A stretch of 64,000 nucleotides of DNA from Bdellovibrio sp. (GTDB taxonomy: Bacteria; Bdellovibrionota; Bdellovibrionia; Bdellovibrionales; Bdellovibrionaceae). Numbering within the stretch: position 1 is the first letter of the stretch; each line of letters opens with the position of its first letter. The position numbers and the translations under genes were made by a program. Under the pieces are notes generated by a model, which was not told the origin of the DNA, ran no database searches, and worked only from the letters and a program-made list of their open reading frames with translations. Location of the stretch: contig JAKFCY010000002.1 in assembly GCA_036676395.1 (NCBI GenBank), positions 1,888,001 through 1,952,000 on the forward strand, read 5' to 3'. Positions 10,739 through 20,686 of the stretch are shown here, piece after piece.

Positions 10739-11144
10739 AAACTTTTGTGACCTTATTGTAATTCCACGTCATCTTACCGGATTTTGCGTCAGCAGATTTG
10801 GTTTCGGTTAAAATTTCAGGCAAGTCAGAATCTTTGACTGATTTTGACTGCGCAAAAACGCCATCGATCATTCCGGCGAAATCAAAACTTCCACTCGGGT
10901 TTTTTACGAAGGCGTAATACGTGCAAAGTCCGCTGCCACAAGCTGCCGAAGAATTTAAAAGGATTACGCCGTGCTTAAAAGCTTTATCCTTTTTCAAAAC
11001 GATACGTCGAATGTCATCAGGATTTACTTTTTCTTTTTGCGCCACATATTCAGGTAAAAATGATTCTTTCAATGTGGTTTTTGCTGTTTGTGAAAACGCG
11101 AATACCGAAGCAAAAAGCACTATGAAAAATGAAACTTTATCCAT
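10725..11144 (-). CDS. Small secreted hypothetical protein with CGSGLC motif
   Basis: Signal peptide MDKVSFFIVLFASVFAFS; ACGSGLCTYYAF; overlaps the next gene by 14 bp. Confidence 0.65.
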   Translation of the reverse strand: MDKVSFFIVLFASVFAFSQTAKTTLKESFLPEYVAQKEKVNPDDIRRIVLKKDKAFKHGVILLNSSAACGSGLCTYYAFVKNPSGSFDFAGMIDGVFAQSKSVKDSDLPEILTETKSADAKSGKMTWNYNKVTKVYEVK

Positions 11145-11220
11145 AGCTTATTTAAACATTTTTTTTGAATGTTGGGTAAAAACAAGGCTTAACACAGGAC
11201 TTTTGTTAGGTCCTAAAAAT

Positions 11221-11250
11221 AAAAAACCCAGATCTTTCAATCTGGGTTTT
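11221..11250 (-). terminator. Rho-independent terminator after rpsO
   Basis: AAAACCCAGAT-N6-ATCTGGGTTTT hairpin followed by a U-run on the minus strand. Confidence 0.85.
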
Positions 11251-11277
11251 ATTAATCTTGAACTGTAAGGTTCTAAA

Positions 11278-11547
11278 TTATTTACGGATTTCTAATGCTT
11301 TGATTAGAGTTTCGTAACGAGAAGTGCTTCTAGATTTTAAATAATCTAAAAGTTGGCGACGTTGATTTACACATTGTAAAAGACCACGACGGCTGTGGTT
11401 GTCTTTTTTGTGAGTTGCGAAGTGACCTGTTAAATCGTTAATACGAGCCGTAAGTAACGCAACTTGAACTTCTGGAGATCCAGTGTCTAGTTCGCCAGTT
11501 TTGAATTTTTTTAAGATGTCTGCTTTTTGTTGTTTTGTAACTGCCAT
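11278..11547 (-). CDS. rpsO: 30S ribosomal protein S15
   Basis: [25 protein letters not shown]; 89 aa. Confidence 0.99.
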   Translation of the reverse strand: MAVTKQQKADILKKFKTGELDTGSPEVQVALLTARINDLTGHFATHKKDNHSRRGLLQCVNQRRQLLDYLKSRSTSRYETLIKALEIRK

Positions 11548-11664
11548 TAAATGCTCCTATGCATGTCGTGTGTTTTAATCCGCTCTCCGAATCCTCGTCA
11601 TGACTGACTTAGGGCCCCGATTTGTGCGATGGAATTTTTTAACAATTTCGATAGTTTATGGCAA
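11548..11664 (-). promoter_or_regulatory. rpsO sigma70-type promoter and 5' leader
   Basis: TTGCCA-17-(TGn)TAAAAA at 11664-11636, then an ~80 nt leader ending in AGGAG. S15 autoregulation is inferred only. Confidence 0.5.
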
Positions 11665-11668
11665 GAGA

Positions 11669-12610
11669 TTAATAGCGAAACCCGCGTTTGATCTTAAAGC
11701 CCTGCTCAGGCTCTAAGCCAATAATAGCTAAAACCTGTTTAGTGGCTTTAGAGCTAGCAAAGATCCATTGATCCTTGCATGGGTTAAATCCTACAATCAA
11801 TTTAGAACGCAGATCATGGCTAATTTGGCCGTTATTCAATAACATCTCGTCATGGCCATCCACTTTTACAATACGAACGCCAGAAACTGCCTCCGTCATA
11901 GGCACAATCTTATCATTCATATCCAAAGTATTCGCCTCTTTTGCCGCAAGCATAGCCTCTAACGGCTGCGCTTGGGCTATCGAAAACTCATGCGATTTCG
12001 TACGACGCAGGTTCGACATCGTTGCCCCGCAGGCCAACTGTTCGCCTAAAAGCTTAACCCATGAACGGATGAAACTTCCTTTTGAACAATGTAAGTGAAA
12101 ACTATAGCGCTGTTCTTTTTCGGCTTCGGTATTTTCAACGTAAGTGACATTCCAAAACGTCATCGCTTTTGAAGGGATTTCGACATGTTCGCCTTCGCGG
12201 GCGTATTCATACAATTTTTTGCCATCAATTTTTTTAGCAGAAAATAAGGGAATCGGAAGCTGCATTTCGCCCATTAATTTTAATGCGCGTGCGATGACTT
12301 CTTCTTTTTTAACTGTCACTGGATTCGTTTTTTCAACTTGGCCTGTGATATCTAAAGTGTCGGTCTCGATACCAAGTTGCAATTGCACTTCATAAGCTTT
12401 GTCGCCTTCAGTCACTATTGAACTAAGCTTTGTAGCTTCACCAATAAGAACAACCATTAACCCACTGGCTAGCGGATCAAGAGTACCTGAATGCCCTACT
12501 TCTTTAGTGTTCGCTAAACGACGAACACGTGACACAACATCATGAGATGTCATACCCGATGGTTTATCCACGAGCAAAAGGCCATGCAGAGTTGTTCTTG
12601 GTTTAGACAT
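11669..12610 (-). CDS. truB: tRNA pseudouridine(55) synthase
   Basis: DKPSGMTSHDVV, GHSGTLDPLASG, CSKGSFIRS. Confidence 0.97.
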   Translation of the reverse strand: MSKPRTTLHGLLLVDKPSGMTSHDVVSRVRRLANTKEVGHSGTLDPLASGLMVVLIGEATKLSSIVTEGDKAYEVQLQLGIETDTLDITGQVEKTNPVTVKKEEVIARALKLMGEMQLPIPLFSAKKIDGKKLYEYAREGEHVEIPSKAMTFWNVTYVENTEAEKEQRYSFHLHCSKGSFIRSWVKLLGEQLACGATMSNLRRTKSHEFSIAQAQPLEAMLAAKEANTLDMNDKIVPMTEAVSGVRIVKVDGHDEMLLNNGQISHDLRSKLIVGFNPCKDQWIFASSKATKQVLAIIGLEPEQGFKIKRGFRY

Positions 12611-13019
12611 CGTCTTCTTCAGATTTTTTCTGATCTTTAGCAGACATTTCAGAAATAAGTTTTTCGATTTTTAAAATTTTCTCAGTCGATTCATCAGGAA
12701 AAAACGTTAATTTCGGCAAGTACTTCATATCTAATTTATTGCCGATTTCTTCCTGAATGTCCGGAGCCCAGTGTTGCAAGATTCCGACAGCTTCTTTCAG
12801 AACTTTGGCTTGCGTAGAATTTTGTAACTCTTCAACATTAGTTTGAAGAAGGCTTACAAACACGCGCGCCTGACGAAGATCAGCCGGAATTTGCACGCGA
12901 GTCACAGTAATTAAACCTGGAAGCTCACGCTGCAAACGTTGAATAATAAATGTAGAAATAACCGATTGAACTTCACGTTCGACGCGCGCCACACGGCGCC
13001 CGTCATTCATATTTTTCAT
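12603..13019 (-). CDS. rbfA: Ribosome-binding factor A
   Basis: RVARV...ITVTRVxxxADLRQARVFVS...PKLTF; located between infB and truB. Confidence 0.93.
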   Translation of the reverse strand: MKNMNDGRRVARVEREVQSVISTFIIQRLQRELPGLITVTRVQIPADLRQARVFVSLLQTNVEELQNSTQAKVLKEAVGILQHWAPDIQEEIGNKLDMKYLPKLTFFPDESTEKILKIEKLISEMSAKDQKKSEEDDV

Positions 13020-13055
13020 GACAAGAATCCTTTAAAGACCTTTACACCGAATGCT

Positions 13056-15872
13056 TTATTGCATCGGTGTAAGTTCTCTTGCGATTTCTTCCTTGAGGTA
13101 AGCTTCGATAACGTCGCCCACTTTTAGATCGTTGAAATTTTCGATGCCAATACCGCATTCAAATCCTTCTTGAACTTCTTTAGCATCGTCTTTGAAACGT
13201 TTAAGTGAAGACACTTTACCTTCGTAAACAATCTTACCTTCACGCACCAAGCGTAACATATTTGAACGTTGAATTTTTCCAGACGTTACGAAACAACCTG
13301 CAATCATGCCGATTTTCGGAACGGTGAAAGTATTTCTAACTTCGGCAGAGCCAACAGCTTTTTCAACGATTTGCGGAGCAAGTAAACCTTGCATCGCTTT
13401 TTTGATGTCATCCATCATTTCGTACACAATCGTATAGCTTCTGATATCTACGCCGATTTGCTTAGCTTTTGCTTGGGCATTTGTATCTGGTCTAACGTTA
13501 AAACCAATCACGATACCTTTTGAAGTATGCGCTAGTAATACGTCATTCTCATTTACTCCGCCTACGCCTGAGTGAATAACTTTAGTTTTAACTTCCATAG
13601 AATTGGCTTTCGCAAGCATTCCCTGAATAGCTTCTAAAGAACCTTGAACGTCAGCTTTTAAAACGATGTTTAAGTCTTTAACATCACCTTGAGTTACACG
13701 AGAGAATAAATCTTCAAGAGTCATTTTCTTGTGGAATTCTTTTTCTTTTAAAGTTTTATCTTTTCTGATTTGAACAACTTCTTCAGCTGTTTTTTCATCT
13801 TTAACAACGTCGAAGCGATCGCCCGCTGCAGGAACTCCATCAAGACCTAAGATTTCTGCCGGCATGCCTGGTAACACTTCATCAATGCGCTCGCCTTTAT
13901 CGTTGATTAACGATTTCACGCGGCCTTTCATTGAACCTGCTACGATGTACTGACCCACTTTAACGTGACCATCTTTAACTAAGATAGTGGCTACAGGGCC
14001 TTTGCCTTTTTCAAGCTTGGCTTCAATAACTAATCCAGAACCAGAGTTCTTAGGATTAGCTTTTAACTCAGCCACTTCGGCTAATAGCTTAATATTTTCT
14101 AATAATTTATCGATACCAGTGTGCTTCAATGCCGACACTTCAACAAAGATCGTGTTACCGCCCCATTCTTCGGGAACGATTTCAAGCTCTGTTAATTGCT
14201 GTTTAATACGGTCTGGATTAGCCCCTGGTTTATCCATTTTATTAACCGCAACGATCATTGGAACACCAGCAGCTTTAGCGTGATTAATGGCTTCAGCCGT
14301 TTGTGGCATCATACCATCATCAGCAGCTACTACGATAATCGCGATATCAGTTGCATTGGCCCCACGCGCACGCATTGCTGTGAACGCTTCATGGCCCGGA
14401 GTATCTAAGAAAGTAATTAAAGATCCATCTGGAGCAGTTACTGAATACGCACCGATATGCTGAGTGATACCACCGGCTTCGCCAGCAGCTACTTTTGCAG
14501 AACGGATTGCATCTAGTAATGATGTTTTACCGTGATCGACGTGACCCATTACAGTCACAACCGGTGGACGGATAATCACATCAGCTTCGTCACCGCTGAA
14601 TGCTTTTTCAAGAACAACATCTTCAGCAGATTTGAATACGTTTTCTGCTTCCCAACCGAAATCTCCAACAGTTAGTGCAACTGTATCGAAATCTAAGTCA
14701 GTGTTCACATTGGCCATCACGCCATTTTTCATTAACACTTTAACTAACTGAGCGGCTTTTAAGCCCATCTCTGCAGCCATATCACCTAATTTAATTTTTC
14801 CGTTAACTTTTAAAACACGTTTAGAAGCTTTTGGTTTCGTAATTTGAGTTTTTAAAGCCTCGCGGTTTAACACGGCTAATTTTTTCTTAGGTTGGAAAAC
14901 CATTTCACGCTTGCGGAATTCAACAGCGTTAAAGCTTGATACAAGTGATTCTTGTTCTTTTTCTTTAGCTGAGATTCCAGTTGCTTGCGAGAACGTGCGC
15001 GATTTTTTATCGCGATCACGTCTTGTATCTTCAGTAAAATTTGGAGTTGGAGCATCAGGAATAGTTTGTTGAGCTACGAAGCCCGGACGAATATTTCTTG
15101 CGCTGCTTGGACCACCAGGACGAGGAGTAAATCCACCACCGCCACCGCCGCCACCTGGGCTGCGTTGAAATCCGCCACCTTGTGGGCGATTACCTTGATA
15201 TCCACCCGTGTTTGTTGCGCCCGGAGGAGCTTGAACACGGCTTAAATCCATACGACCGATAATATTTCTTCTAGAGGCAACTGCCGTAGAACTTGCAACA
15301 CCGCTATCACCGATAGCGACTTCTTTTTTACGCGCGACAACTGGAGCTGCAGGTGCAGCTGGAGCCGCCGGAGCCGCTGGCGCCACAGGAGGAGCCACTG
15401 GAGCTGCTGCTGCAACTTCAGGTTTTGGCTCAGCTTTAACTTCTACCGCCACAGGTGTTGGCGCTGTTGGAGCTTCGGCTTCTACAACTTCAGGAGCTTC
15501 TTCAGGTTTTGAAATCACGCGTGCTTTGATTTCAACAGCTGGTTCAGCTTCTTTTGTTTTACGTCGAATGACATTTGCTTTTGGCGCTTCCGCAGCCGGA
15601 GCTTCAGCTGAGGCGGCGGCTTTTTTAGCCGCTTTTGGTGCTGCCGCAGCTTTAGGAGCAGCGGCTTTTCTAGTCGCTGTCTTTTTTGGTTTTTCATCTG
15701 TCGCAGACTCAGCCGGAGCAGAAAGTTTAGCCTTTAATGTGGCTAATACTTCAGGCTCTAGTTCAGCCATGTGATTTTTAATCGGTAAATGCCATTCTTT
15801 GATTTTGTCCATCAAAGCTAATGGGGTCATCCCGACTTCTTTTGCGAATTCAAAAACTTTTGGATTACTCAC
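13056..15872 (-). CDS. infB: Translation initiation factor IF-2
   Basis: [32 protein letters not shown]. Confidence 0.99.
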   Translation of the reverse strand: MSNPKVFEFAKEVGMTPLALMDKIKEWHLPIKNHMAELEPEVLATLKAKLSAPAESATDEKPKKTATRKAAAPKAAAAPKAAKKAAASAEAPAAEAPKANVIRRKTKEAEPAVEIKARVISKPEEAPEVVEAEAPTAPTPVAVEVKAEPKPEVAAAAPVAPPVAPAAPAAPAAPAAPVVARKKEVAIGDSGVASSTAVASRRNIIGRMDLSRVQAPPGATNTGGYQGNRPQGGGFQRSPGGGGGGGGFTPRPGGPSSARNIRPGFVAQQTIPDAPTPNFTEDTRRDRDKKSRTFSQATGISAKEKEQESLVSSFNAVEFRKREMVFQPKKKLAVLNREALKTQITKPKASKRVLKVNGKIKLGDMAAEMGLKAAQLVKVLMKNGVMANVNTDLDFDTVALTVGDFGWEAENVFKSAEDVVLEKAFSGDEADVIIRPPVVTVMGHVDHGKTSLLDAIRSAKVAAGEAGGITQHIGAYSVTAPDGSLITFLDTPGHEAFTAMRARGANATDIAIIVVAADDGMMPQTAEAINHAKAAGVPMIVAVNKMDKPGANPDRIKQQLTELEIVPEEWGGNTIFVEVSALKHTGIDKLLENIKLLAEVAELKANPKNSGSGLVIEAKLEKGKGPVATILVKDGHVKVGQYIVAGSMKGRVKSLINDKGERIDEVLPGMPAEILGLDGVPAAGDRFDVVKDEKTAEEVVQIRKDKTLKEKEFHKKMTLEDLFSRVTQGDVKDLNIVLKADVQGSLEAIQGMLAKANSMEVKTKVIHSGVGGVNENDVLLAHTSKGIVIGFNVRPDTNAQAKAKQIGVDIRSYTIVYEMMDDIKKAMQGLLAPQIVEKAVGSAEVRNTFTVPKIGMIAGCFVTSGKIQRSNMLRLVREGKIVYEGKVSSLKRFKDDAKEVQEGFECGIGIENFNDLKVGDVIEAYLKEEIARELTPMQ

Positions 15873-15904
15873 GCGTAAATACCTTTTTTCTTCTTAACGA
15901 GAAC

Positions 15905-17299
15905 CTAGTTCTCGTCCGATTTTAGCTTAGATAATTCAGCTTTTAACTGATCTTCTGCTCTTTGTTTAACCGATGATCCGGCTTCTTTAGCAGCTTGTAA
16001 TTGTGGCGAAGTGGGAACAGGTAAACCTTGTTCTTTGTACTTCTCAATTAAGGCTGCAGCATCAGAAATTAACTTCTGAGCTTTGTCTTGGTCTTCATAA
16101 CCAGGGATTGTCATAATTTCTTCAGCAGATGCTTTTGCTAAAGATTGGAAAGATCCAAAACCTGATTGTAAAATATTTTGCGCCATCGTTTCGTTCATAC
16201 CTGGCAATAACATCAAGTTGAAAATCGACTCAGCCGTACGAGATTGTACAGAAGTCGTAGAAATAATATCTAATTTCCAACCAGTTAATTTTGCCGCTAA
16301 ACGAACGTTTTGGCCTTTTTTACCGATAGCTAAAGATAATTGAGAATCTGGAACAACGATTTCCATCTCTTTATTTTCTTCATCTAAGTAAACTTTAGCA
16401 ATTTCAGCAGGAGCTAATGCATTACATGCAAAGCGTGTAACGTCTTCGTCCCATAAAACGATATCGATTTTTTCGCCACGTAATTCCTGAACGATATTTT
16501 GAACGCGCGAACCTTTCATACCAACACAAGCTCCAACTGGATCTACTGAGTTGTCATTTGAACGAACGGCGATTTTTGCACGTTGTCCCGGTTCGCGAGC
16601 CGCAGACATAATTTCAACGATGTCGTCATAAATTTCCGGAACTTCCATTTCGAATAATTTAACTAAATAACGCTCATCTGCACGAGACATGATAATTTGT
16701 GGTCCACGTGTTGTTTGACGAACTTCAGATAAATAACCTTGAATACGATCACCTGGTTTGAAAATTTCGCCAGGAATTTGTTCGCGCGGTGGGATGTGGG
16801 CTTCCGTGCGGCCTAAGTCTACAACGATCGCGCCTTTTTCAACACGACGTGCGATACCAGAAGCGACTTCACCTTTACGCTCTTCAAATTCAGAGAAAAT
16901 GATTTCGCGTTCAGCATCACGTACTTTTTGTAAAATAATTTGTTTAGCAGTTTGAGCTGCAATACGGCCTAAATCGCCAGATTCTAATTTGATACCGATT
17001 GAATCGTCTAATTGAGCACCTGGATCAAGTTTTAAAGCTTCATCAAGAGGGATTTCAACTTCTTCATCGATAAATTTTTCGCGTAAAACAACTTCTTTAA
17101 ATTCGTAAAGTTCAACTTCGCCAGTCTCTTCGTTGTATTGTGCTTCGATTTCACGGTAAGTGCCGTATTTTTTTCTAGCAGCCACAAGCATCGCTTGTTT
17201 AACAGCATCAACGATAACAGCTTTATCGATACCTTTGTCTTTTCCAACTTGGTCGATAACTTTTGATAGATCGTTTATGTTTAGTACATTTTCTGCCAT
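15905..17299 (-). CDS. nusA: Transcription termination factor NusA
   Basis: GRIAAQTAKQ, DPVGACVGMKGSRV, AIGKKGQNVRLA. Confidence 0.99.
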   Translation of the reverse strand: MAENVLNINDLSKVIDQVGKDKGIDKAVIVDAVKQAMLVAARKKYGTYREIEAQYNEETGEVELYEFKEVVLREKFIDEEVEIPLDEALKLDPGAQLDDSIGIKLESGDLGRIAAQTAKQIILQKVRDAEREIIFSEFEERKGEVASGIARRVEKGAIVVDLGRTEAHIPPREQIPGEIFKPGDRIQGYLSEVRQTTRGPQIIMSRADERYLVKLFEMEVPEIYDDIVEIMSAAREPGQRAKIAVRSNDNSVDPVGACVGMKGSRVQNIVQELRGEKIDIVLWDEDVTRFACNALAPAEIAKVYLDEENKEMEIVVPDSQLSLAIGKKGQNVRLAAKLTGWKLDIISTTSVQSRTAESIFNLMLLPGMNETMAQNILQSGFGSFQSLAKASAEEIMTIPGYEDQDKAQKLISDAAALIEKYKEQGLPVPTSPQLQAAKEAGSSVKQRAEDQLKAELSKLKSDEN

Positions 17300-17334
17300 A
17301 GTAACCCTCTCTATTTACGCCTAAGAATAGTTAA

Positions 17335-17910
17335 TTAAAACTTCTTCTTAGTACCTTTTGTATTCTCTTTAAAATCAAAAACTAATTTCGCCTTTTGAAC
17401 TAAGTTCAATGGCACTTTTAAAGTTTCCTGTCTGAAATCGAAAACTAAGTTTTCGCCATCAACAGCTTTTAAAACTTCTTCAAACTTTTTCGTCAGTTGA
17501 ATCGCTTTTTCTTGGGCTCCTAAAGAACCTAAGTTTTGATCCATCTGAACAAATATCTTTTTACCCACCACTTTTTCAAAGTGGTATTTGGTTTTTAACT
17601 GACGATCCAAACCAGGGCTTGAAACTTCTAAACTGTAAGCTCCACCCGGAACGATCTCTGGACCACCTTCAACATCAAGCACTTCATTTAACGCCCGCGC
17701 CACGTTCGAACAATCTTCGATACCCACGCCTGTCGTTACAGTGCCGTCTTCATGTGTTGTTGATGTTTGCTTATCAATAAAGATTCTAAGAACTCGAGCA
17801 TTACCTGAACCGGATACTTCGACATCATAAAGTTCACACCCTTGTTTTTGGGCGATGTCGCTCACTATAGTTTCTACTTTTTTTACCCAGGGCTCTGTCT
17901 TTTGTTCCAA
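17335..17910 (-). CDS. rimP: Ribosome maturation factor RimP
   Basis: LRIFIDK, EDCSNV, YSLEVSSPGLDR; TTG start. Confidence 0.95.
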   Translation of the reverse strand: MEQKTEPWVKKVETIVSDIAQKQGCELYDVEVSGSGNARVLRIFIDKQTSTTHEDGTVTTGVGIEDCSNVARALNEVLDVEGGPEIVPGGAYSLEVSSPGLDRQLKTKYHFEKVVGKKIFVQMDQNLGSLGAQEKAIQLTKKFEEVLKAVDGENLVFDFRQETLKVPLNLVQKAKLVFDFKENTKGTKKKF

Positions 17911-17949
17911 CTAACGCTTTTCCTTTAACTTTTACTACCCCTTAAAAAC

Positions 17950-17973
17950 AAAAAAGACCTCAAAGGGTCTTTT
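17950..17973 (-). terminator. Second terminator-like hairpin in the rimP 5' region
   Basis: AAAAGACC-loop-GGTCTTTT followed by a U-run on the minus strand. Confidence 0.55.
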
Positions 17974-18003
17974 CGTAACCATCCATTAAAGATGGCTGAG
18001 GCC

Positions 18004-18032
18004 AAAAAAAATTGGGCTTTAAGGGCCCAATT
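18004..18032 (-). promoter_or_regulatory. rimP leader attenuator hairpin
   Basis: Minus strand AATTGGGC-CCTTAAA-GCCCAATT-U-run matches the conserved GGGC...GCCC rimP leader. It lies just downstream of TTGCCA-17-(TGn)TAGCTT at 18069-18041. Confidence 0.75.
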
Positions 18033-18070
18033 CAGACTCAAAGCTATCAAATGGTTATCAGATTGGCAAT

Positions 18071-18514
18071 CTATATATACTGAAAAGTCAGAGCATCAGA
18101 GCGATCAAGATAGTAAGCTTTACGAGTTCCGATTTGTTTAAAGCCTGATTTCTGATATAAGCTAATTGCAGACAGGTTTTGGCTGTGAACCTCTAATAAC
18201 AAGGGTTTGGACGCTTTGCGACTATTGTCCTGTAATTCGCGCAAAAGCAGGCTCATAACGTTTTTACGGCGGGCCCAGCGAGCTGTGCCTAGCGCCATGA
18301 TCTCACAACAGTCTTCATTATTACGATAAGCAATAAACCCGCAGATTCGATTATCATCATCCCGACAAATCAAAAATGCTGACATCACTAGCTCAATTTG
18401 GATGTTTTCCATGGGCCAATTGAATTCGGCCTTGTTTGAAACCGAGTCATAGACCTCAAAAAATAGCTCGGTTAGCTCTTTATATTCCGAAGCGGATGCG
18501 ACTTTTAAAGTCAT
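18071..18514 (-). CDS. RimI-like GNAT N-acetyltransferase
   Basis: LLLEVHSQNLSAISLYQKSGFKQIGTRKAYY. Confidence 0.85.
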   Translation of the reverse strand: MTLKVASASEYKELTELFFEVYDSVSNKAEFNWPMENIQIELVMSAFLICRDDDNRICGFIAYRNNEDCCEIMALGTARWARRKNVMSLLLRELQDNSRKASKPLLLEVHSQNLSAISLYQKSGFKQIGTRKAYYLDRSDALTFQYI

Positions 18515-19007
18515 TTGATTTCCACCCTAGCGAGTATTTACGTTTTAAAACCACAAGCCAGGCAATGATGGCTTGGCGGTTTTGCAATTGGCGTTCTTTG
18601 ATCGTTACGATCTCGGCTATGCGAAACATTCTTTGAATTTCGTTTTTTACAGCTTCAGCTTTTTTTGAGTTGTCTGGATATTTATAATTCTGCAAATAGC
18701 GTTCTACAATTTCAGGATCCGCCTGAATATCCAACTGATTAGCTTCACGCAAGGCTAAGCTGCTGAAAAGGTAAAACTCAGCACTGTCTTCAAATGACTT
18801 TAATACGTTGGGAGAAAAAAAGCGCTCCATCGATTTCGACACGTCTTCAAAAATTTTAAAATCGTAATTGGTGCGGCCGTCACCGTTCATATCAAAAAGA
18901 AGTTCATCGACAGTGATAATACCAGCACTTGGTTTTTGCGCGGCTTGCACCAATTGAGCAGAGATCAGAATAAAAGAAACTAAAAATAAACGAATCAACA
19001 TACCCAT
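18480..19007 (-). CDS. Secreted hypothetical protein, SurA N-terminal-core-like
   Basis: Signal peptide; LFSSLALREANQLDI...WLVVLKRKY resembles the SurA/PrsA chaperone core without PPIase domains. Confidence 0.45.
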   Translation of the reverse strand: MGMLIRLFLVSFILISAQLVQAAQKPSAGIITVDELLFDMNGDGRTNYDFKIFEDVSKSMERFFSPNVLKSFEDSAEFYLFSSLALREANQLDIQADPEIVERYLQNYKYPDNSKKAEAVKNEIQRMFRIAEIVTIKERQLQNRQAIIAWLVVLKRKYSLGWKSNDFKSRIRFGI

Positions 19008-19016
19008 ATCATAAAT

Positions 19017-19049
19017 AAAAAAGGCCAGCTCTGTAAAGCTGACCTTTTT
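19017..19049 (-). terminator. Rho-independent terminator after the beta-barrel gene
   Basis: AAAAAGGTCAGCT-TTACAG-AGCTGGCCTTTTTT on the minus strand. Confidence 0.8.
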
Positions 19050-19075
19050 AAGTTCAGGTAGATATCAGGAATTTT

Positions 19076-20236
19076 CTAGAAATTAACGCGGGCGAATAAA
19101 CCCGTTGTAAAGTATTGCAATTGCTCAACCGGAGTTGAACCTGCTGCAGTCTGTCCACTGATTTTATTCGACATGTTGTACATGTACTTCATGTCAAAAC
19201 CTGCAGACATTTTGTCGTTAAATTCTAAATCAATACCCGCGATTAAACCTAAGTCGATCGCGTGTGATGTTCCGAATTCAGTTCCGGCCACACCGTAAGC
19301 TGTGTTGTTGTTAGCAACATATTCTCTGTATGAGTAAGCGATTAAACCACCAACAACCGGACGAACAAAACCGCCGATAAGCTGATACTTAGTTGAAATT
19401 ATACCTTGGTATTGGTTCATATCAAAGTTCGCTGAACGAACATTAAATCCATCAACGTATTTAGCGTTTAATGTGTAATTAGAATATAAAAATGCACCTT
19501 CAACTAAGAAGTAATCAAAGCGTGTACCGAAACCAGCACCTAAAGCGTAGTTACCTTTTACCGCATCGATATCAGGATATTGGCCAATCGCTGCGTTTGC
19601 CGTAAAGTACTTTTGTTCTAAAGATGGCATAATGGCTTTATCATCTTCAGTTAATGCTGCGCGAACTTCTTCACGTACTGCATCGCGAGTTAAAGTTTCG
19701 TTTTGGTTAATAATGATGGGTTGAACTTGTGATGAAGGAGCTTCTACAGGAGCAACTTGTTGCACTTGAACAGGTTGTACTGGTTGAGCCTGTTGTTGAT
19801 TTTGAAGAGCATCAAACTTATCACCGAATAAAATCGATGCACGTTTTTTCTCGTCTTCTAAACGGCTTTGCTCAAGCTTTTCAACGATTTTTGATTCAGT
19901 TCTTAATTCTTCTTCTTGGCGACCACGGCGGATGTTATCTGCACGTGAATTGCTAAGAGGCGAACCCTCAACTGTCGTCTCTGGCTGTTTTTGCACCGTA
20001 GGATAAGATTGCTGCTGCGGTACCACAACTGTTTGTGTAACTACAGCGCCAGTAGCCGCGTTTGCGTCTGCTGTTGGTGCGTTTTTGTTAGATGTACTTT
20101 GTTGTTGATACATCTGTTCGATTTCTGAATCGACTTCAGCATTTAATTCATTTGCTGCAGACGACTGAGCTTTTGCCATTTCTGCAAACATTAGGTTCGC
20201 TAAAATCGCAGCGGCGATGGTTAATGATAGTTTCAT
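19076..20236 (-). CDS. Outer-membrane beta-barrel protein with Gln-rich/coiled-coil N-terminal extension
   Basis: Signal peptide, coiled coil EEELRTESKIVEKLEQSRLEDEKKR, C-terminal amphipathic beta strands ending in F; GGGGAG RBS. Confidence 0.8.
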   Translation of the reverse strand: MKLSLTIAAAILANLMFAEMAKAQSSAANELNAEVDSEIEQMYQQQSTSNKNAPTADANAATGAVVTQTVVVPQQQSYPTVQKQPETTVEGSPLSNSRADNIRRGRQEEELRTESKIVEKLEQSRLEDEKKRASILFGDKFDALQNQQQAQPVQPVQVQQVAPVEAPSSQVQPIIINQNETLTRDAVREEVRAALTEDDKAIMPSLEQKYFTANAAIGQYPDIDAVKGNYALGAGFGTRFDYFLVEGAFLYSNYTLNAKYVDGFNVRSANFDMNQYQGIISTKYQLIGGFVRPVVGGLIAYSYREYVANNNTAYGVAGTEFGTSHAIDLGLIAGIDLEFNDKMSAGFDMKYMYNMSNKISGQTAAGSTPVEQLQYFTTGLFARVNF

Positions 20237-20292
20237 ATATACTCCCCTGATCTTTTTTTTAACTCTGTCTTTTTACTACAGAGAATCAAATT

Positions 20293-20309
20293 AGCAACCT
20301 AAGTGCCAA
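20293..20309 (-). promoter_or_regulatory. Sigma54 (-24/-12) promoter for the beta-barrel gene
   Basis: Minus strand TTGGCAC-TTAGG-TTGCT, canonical spacing, about 57 bp upstream of the ATG. Confidence 0.75.
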
Positions 20310-20510
20310 TAAATGTAGCTTTTTCCAAACTGCTGACAATTATTGTAACTGCTTGGAAGGACTGGTTTTTCCCTCTGGAGGCTCAATACCTAGGTGTTTA
20401 GCTCAATTGAAAGAAGGTGACGATGATTCGGTCATCCTTGAAAAAAATACTTGAACAGCATGCCTTGGTGCCATTAAGTTAGAACATCCTAATGTCTATA
20501 TATTGTCGGT

Positions 20511-20597
20511 GGCTCGGTGATGAAATTGGTAGACTTGCTAGACTCAAAATCTTGTGGGAGCAATCCCGTGTCGGTTCGATTCCGACCCGAGCCACCA
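20511..20597 (+). tRNA. tRNA-Leu (CAA)
   Basis: GGCTCGG/CCGAGCC acceptor stem, anticodon loop CT-CAA-AA, long variable arm GGGA-GCAA-TCCC, GGTTCGATT T-loop, encoded ACCA. One U-U mismatch in the anticodon stem. Confidence 0.93.
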
Positions 20598-20614
20598 AAT
20601 TTTATCTCTAAAAC

Positions 20615-20646
20615 AAAAAAAAGACGGCCCTTTGCAGAGCCGTCTT
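20615..20646. terminator. Terminator hairpin (U-tract on minus strand; may also serve the tRNA)
   Basis: AAGACGGC-N10-GCCGTCTT, preceded on the plus strand by an A-run. Confidence 0.75.
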
Positions 20647-20686
20647 AGTGTGAAGAACGCAATTGGCGTTGCGCTATTTGAATGTA
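20615..20686 (-). ncRNA. Candidate ~70-nt sRNA behind a sigma28-type -10 element
   Basis: GCCGATAA (20700-20693), internal hairpin AACGC/GCGTT and a terminal terminator; no gene-sized ORF; weak -35. Confidence 0.3.

Noticed and set aside
15120..15670. Gly-run and Ala/Pro short repeats
   Set aside because: Ordinary low-complexity N-terminal region of IF-2, not a repeat element or CRISPR array.
20538..20554. U-U mismatch in the tRNA anticodon stem as a sign of a pseudo-tRNA
   Set aside because: Acceptor, variable and T arms and the CCA end are intact; a single mismatch is tolerated.
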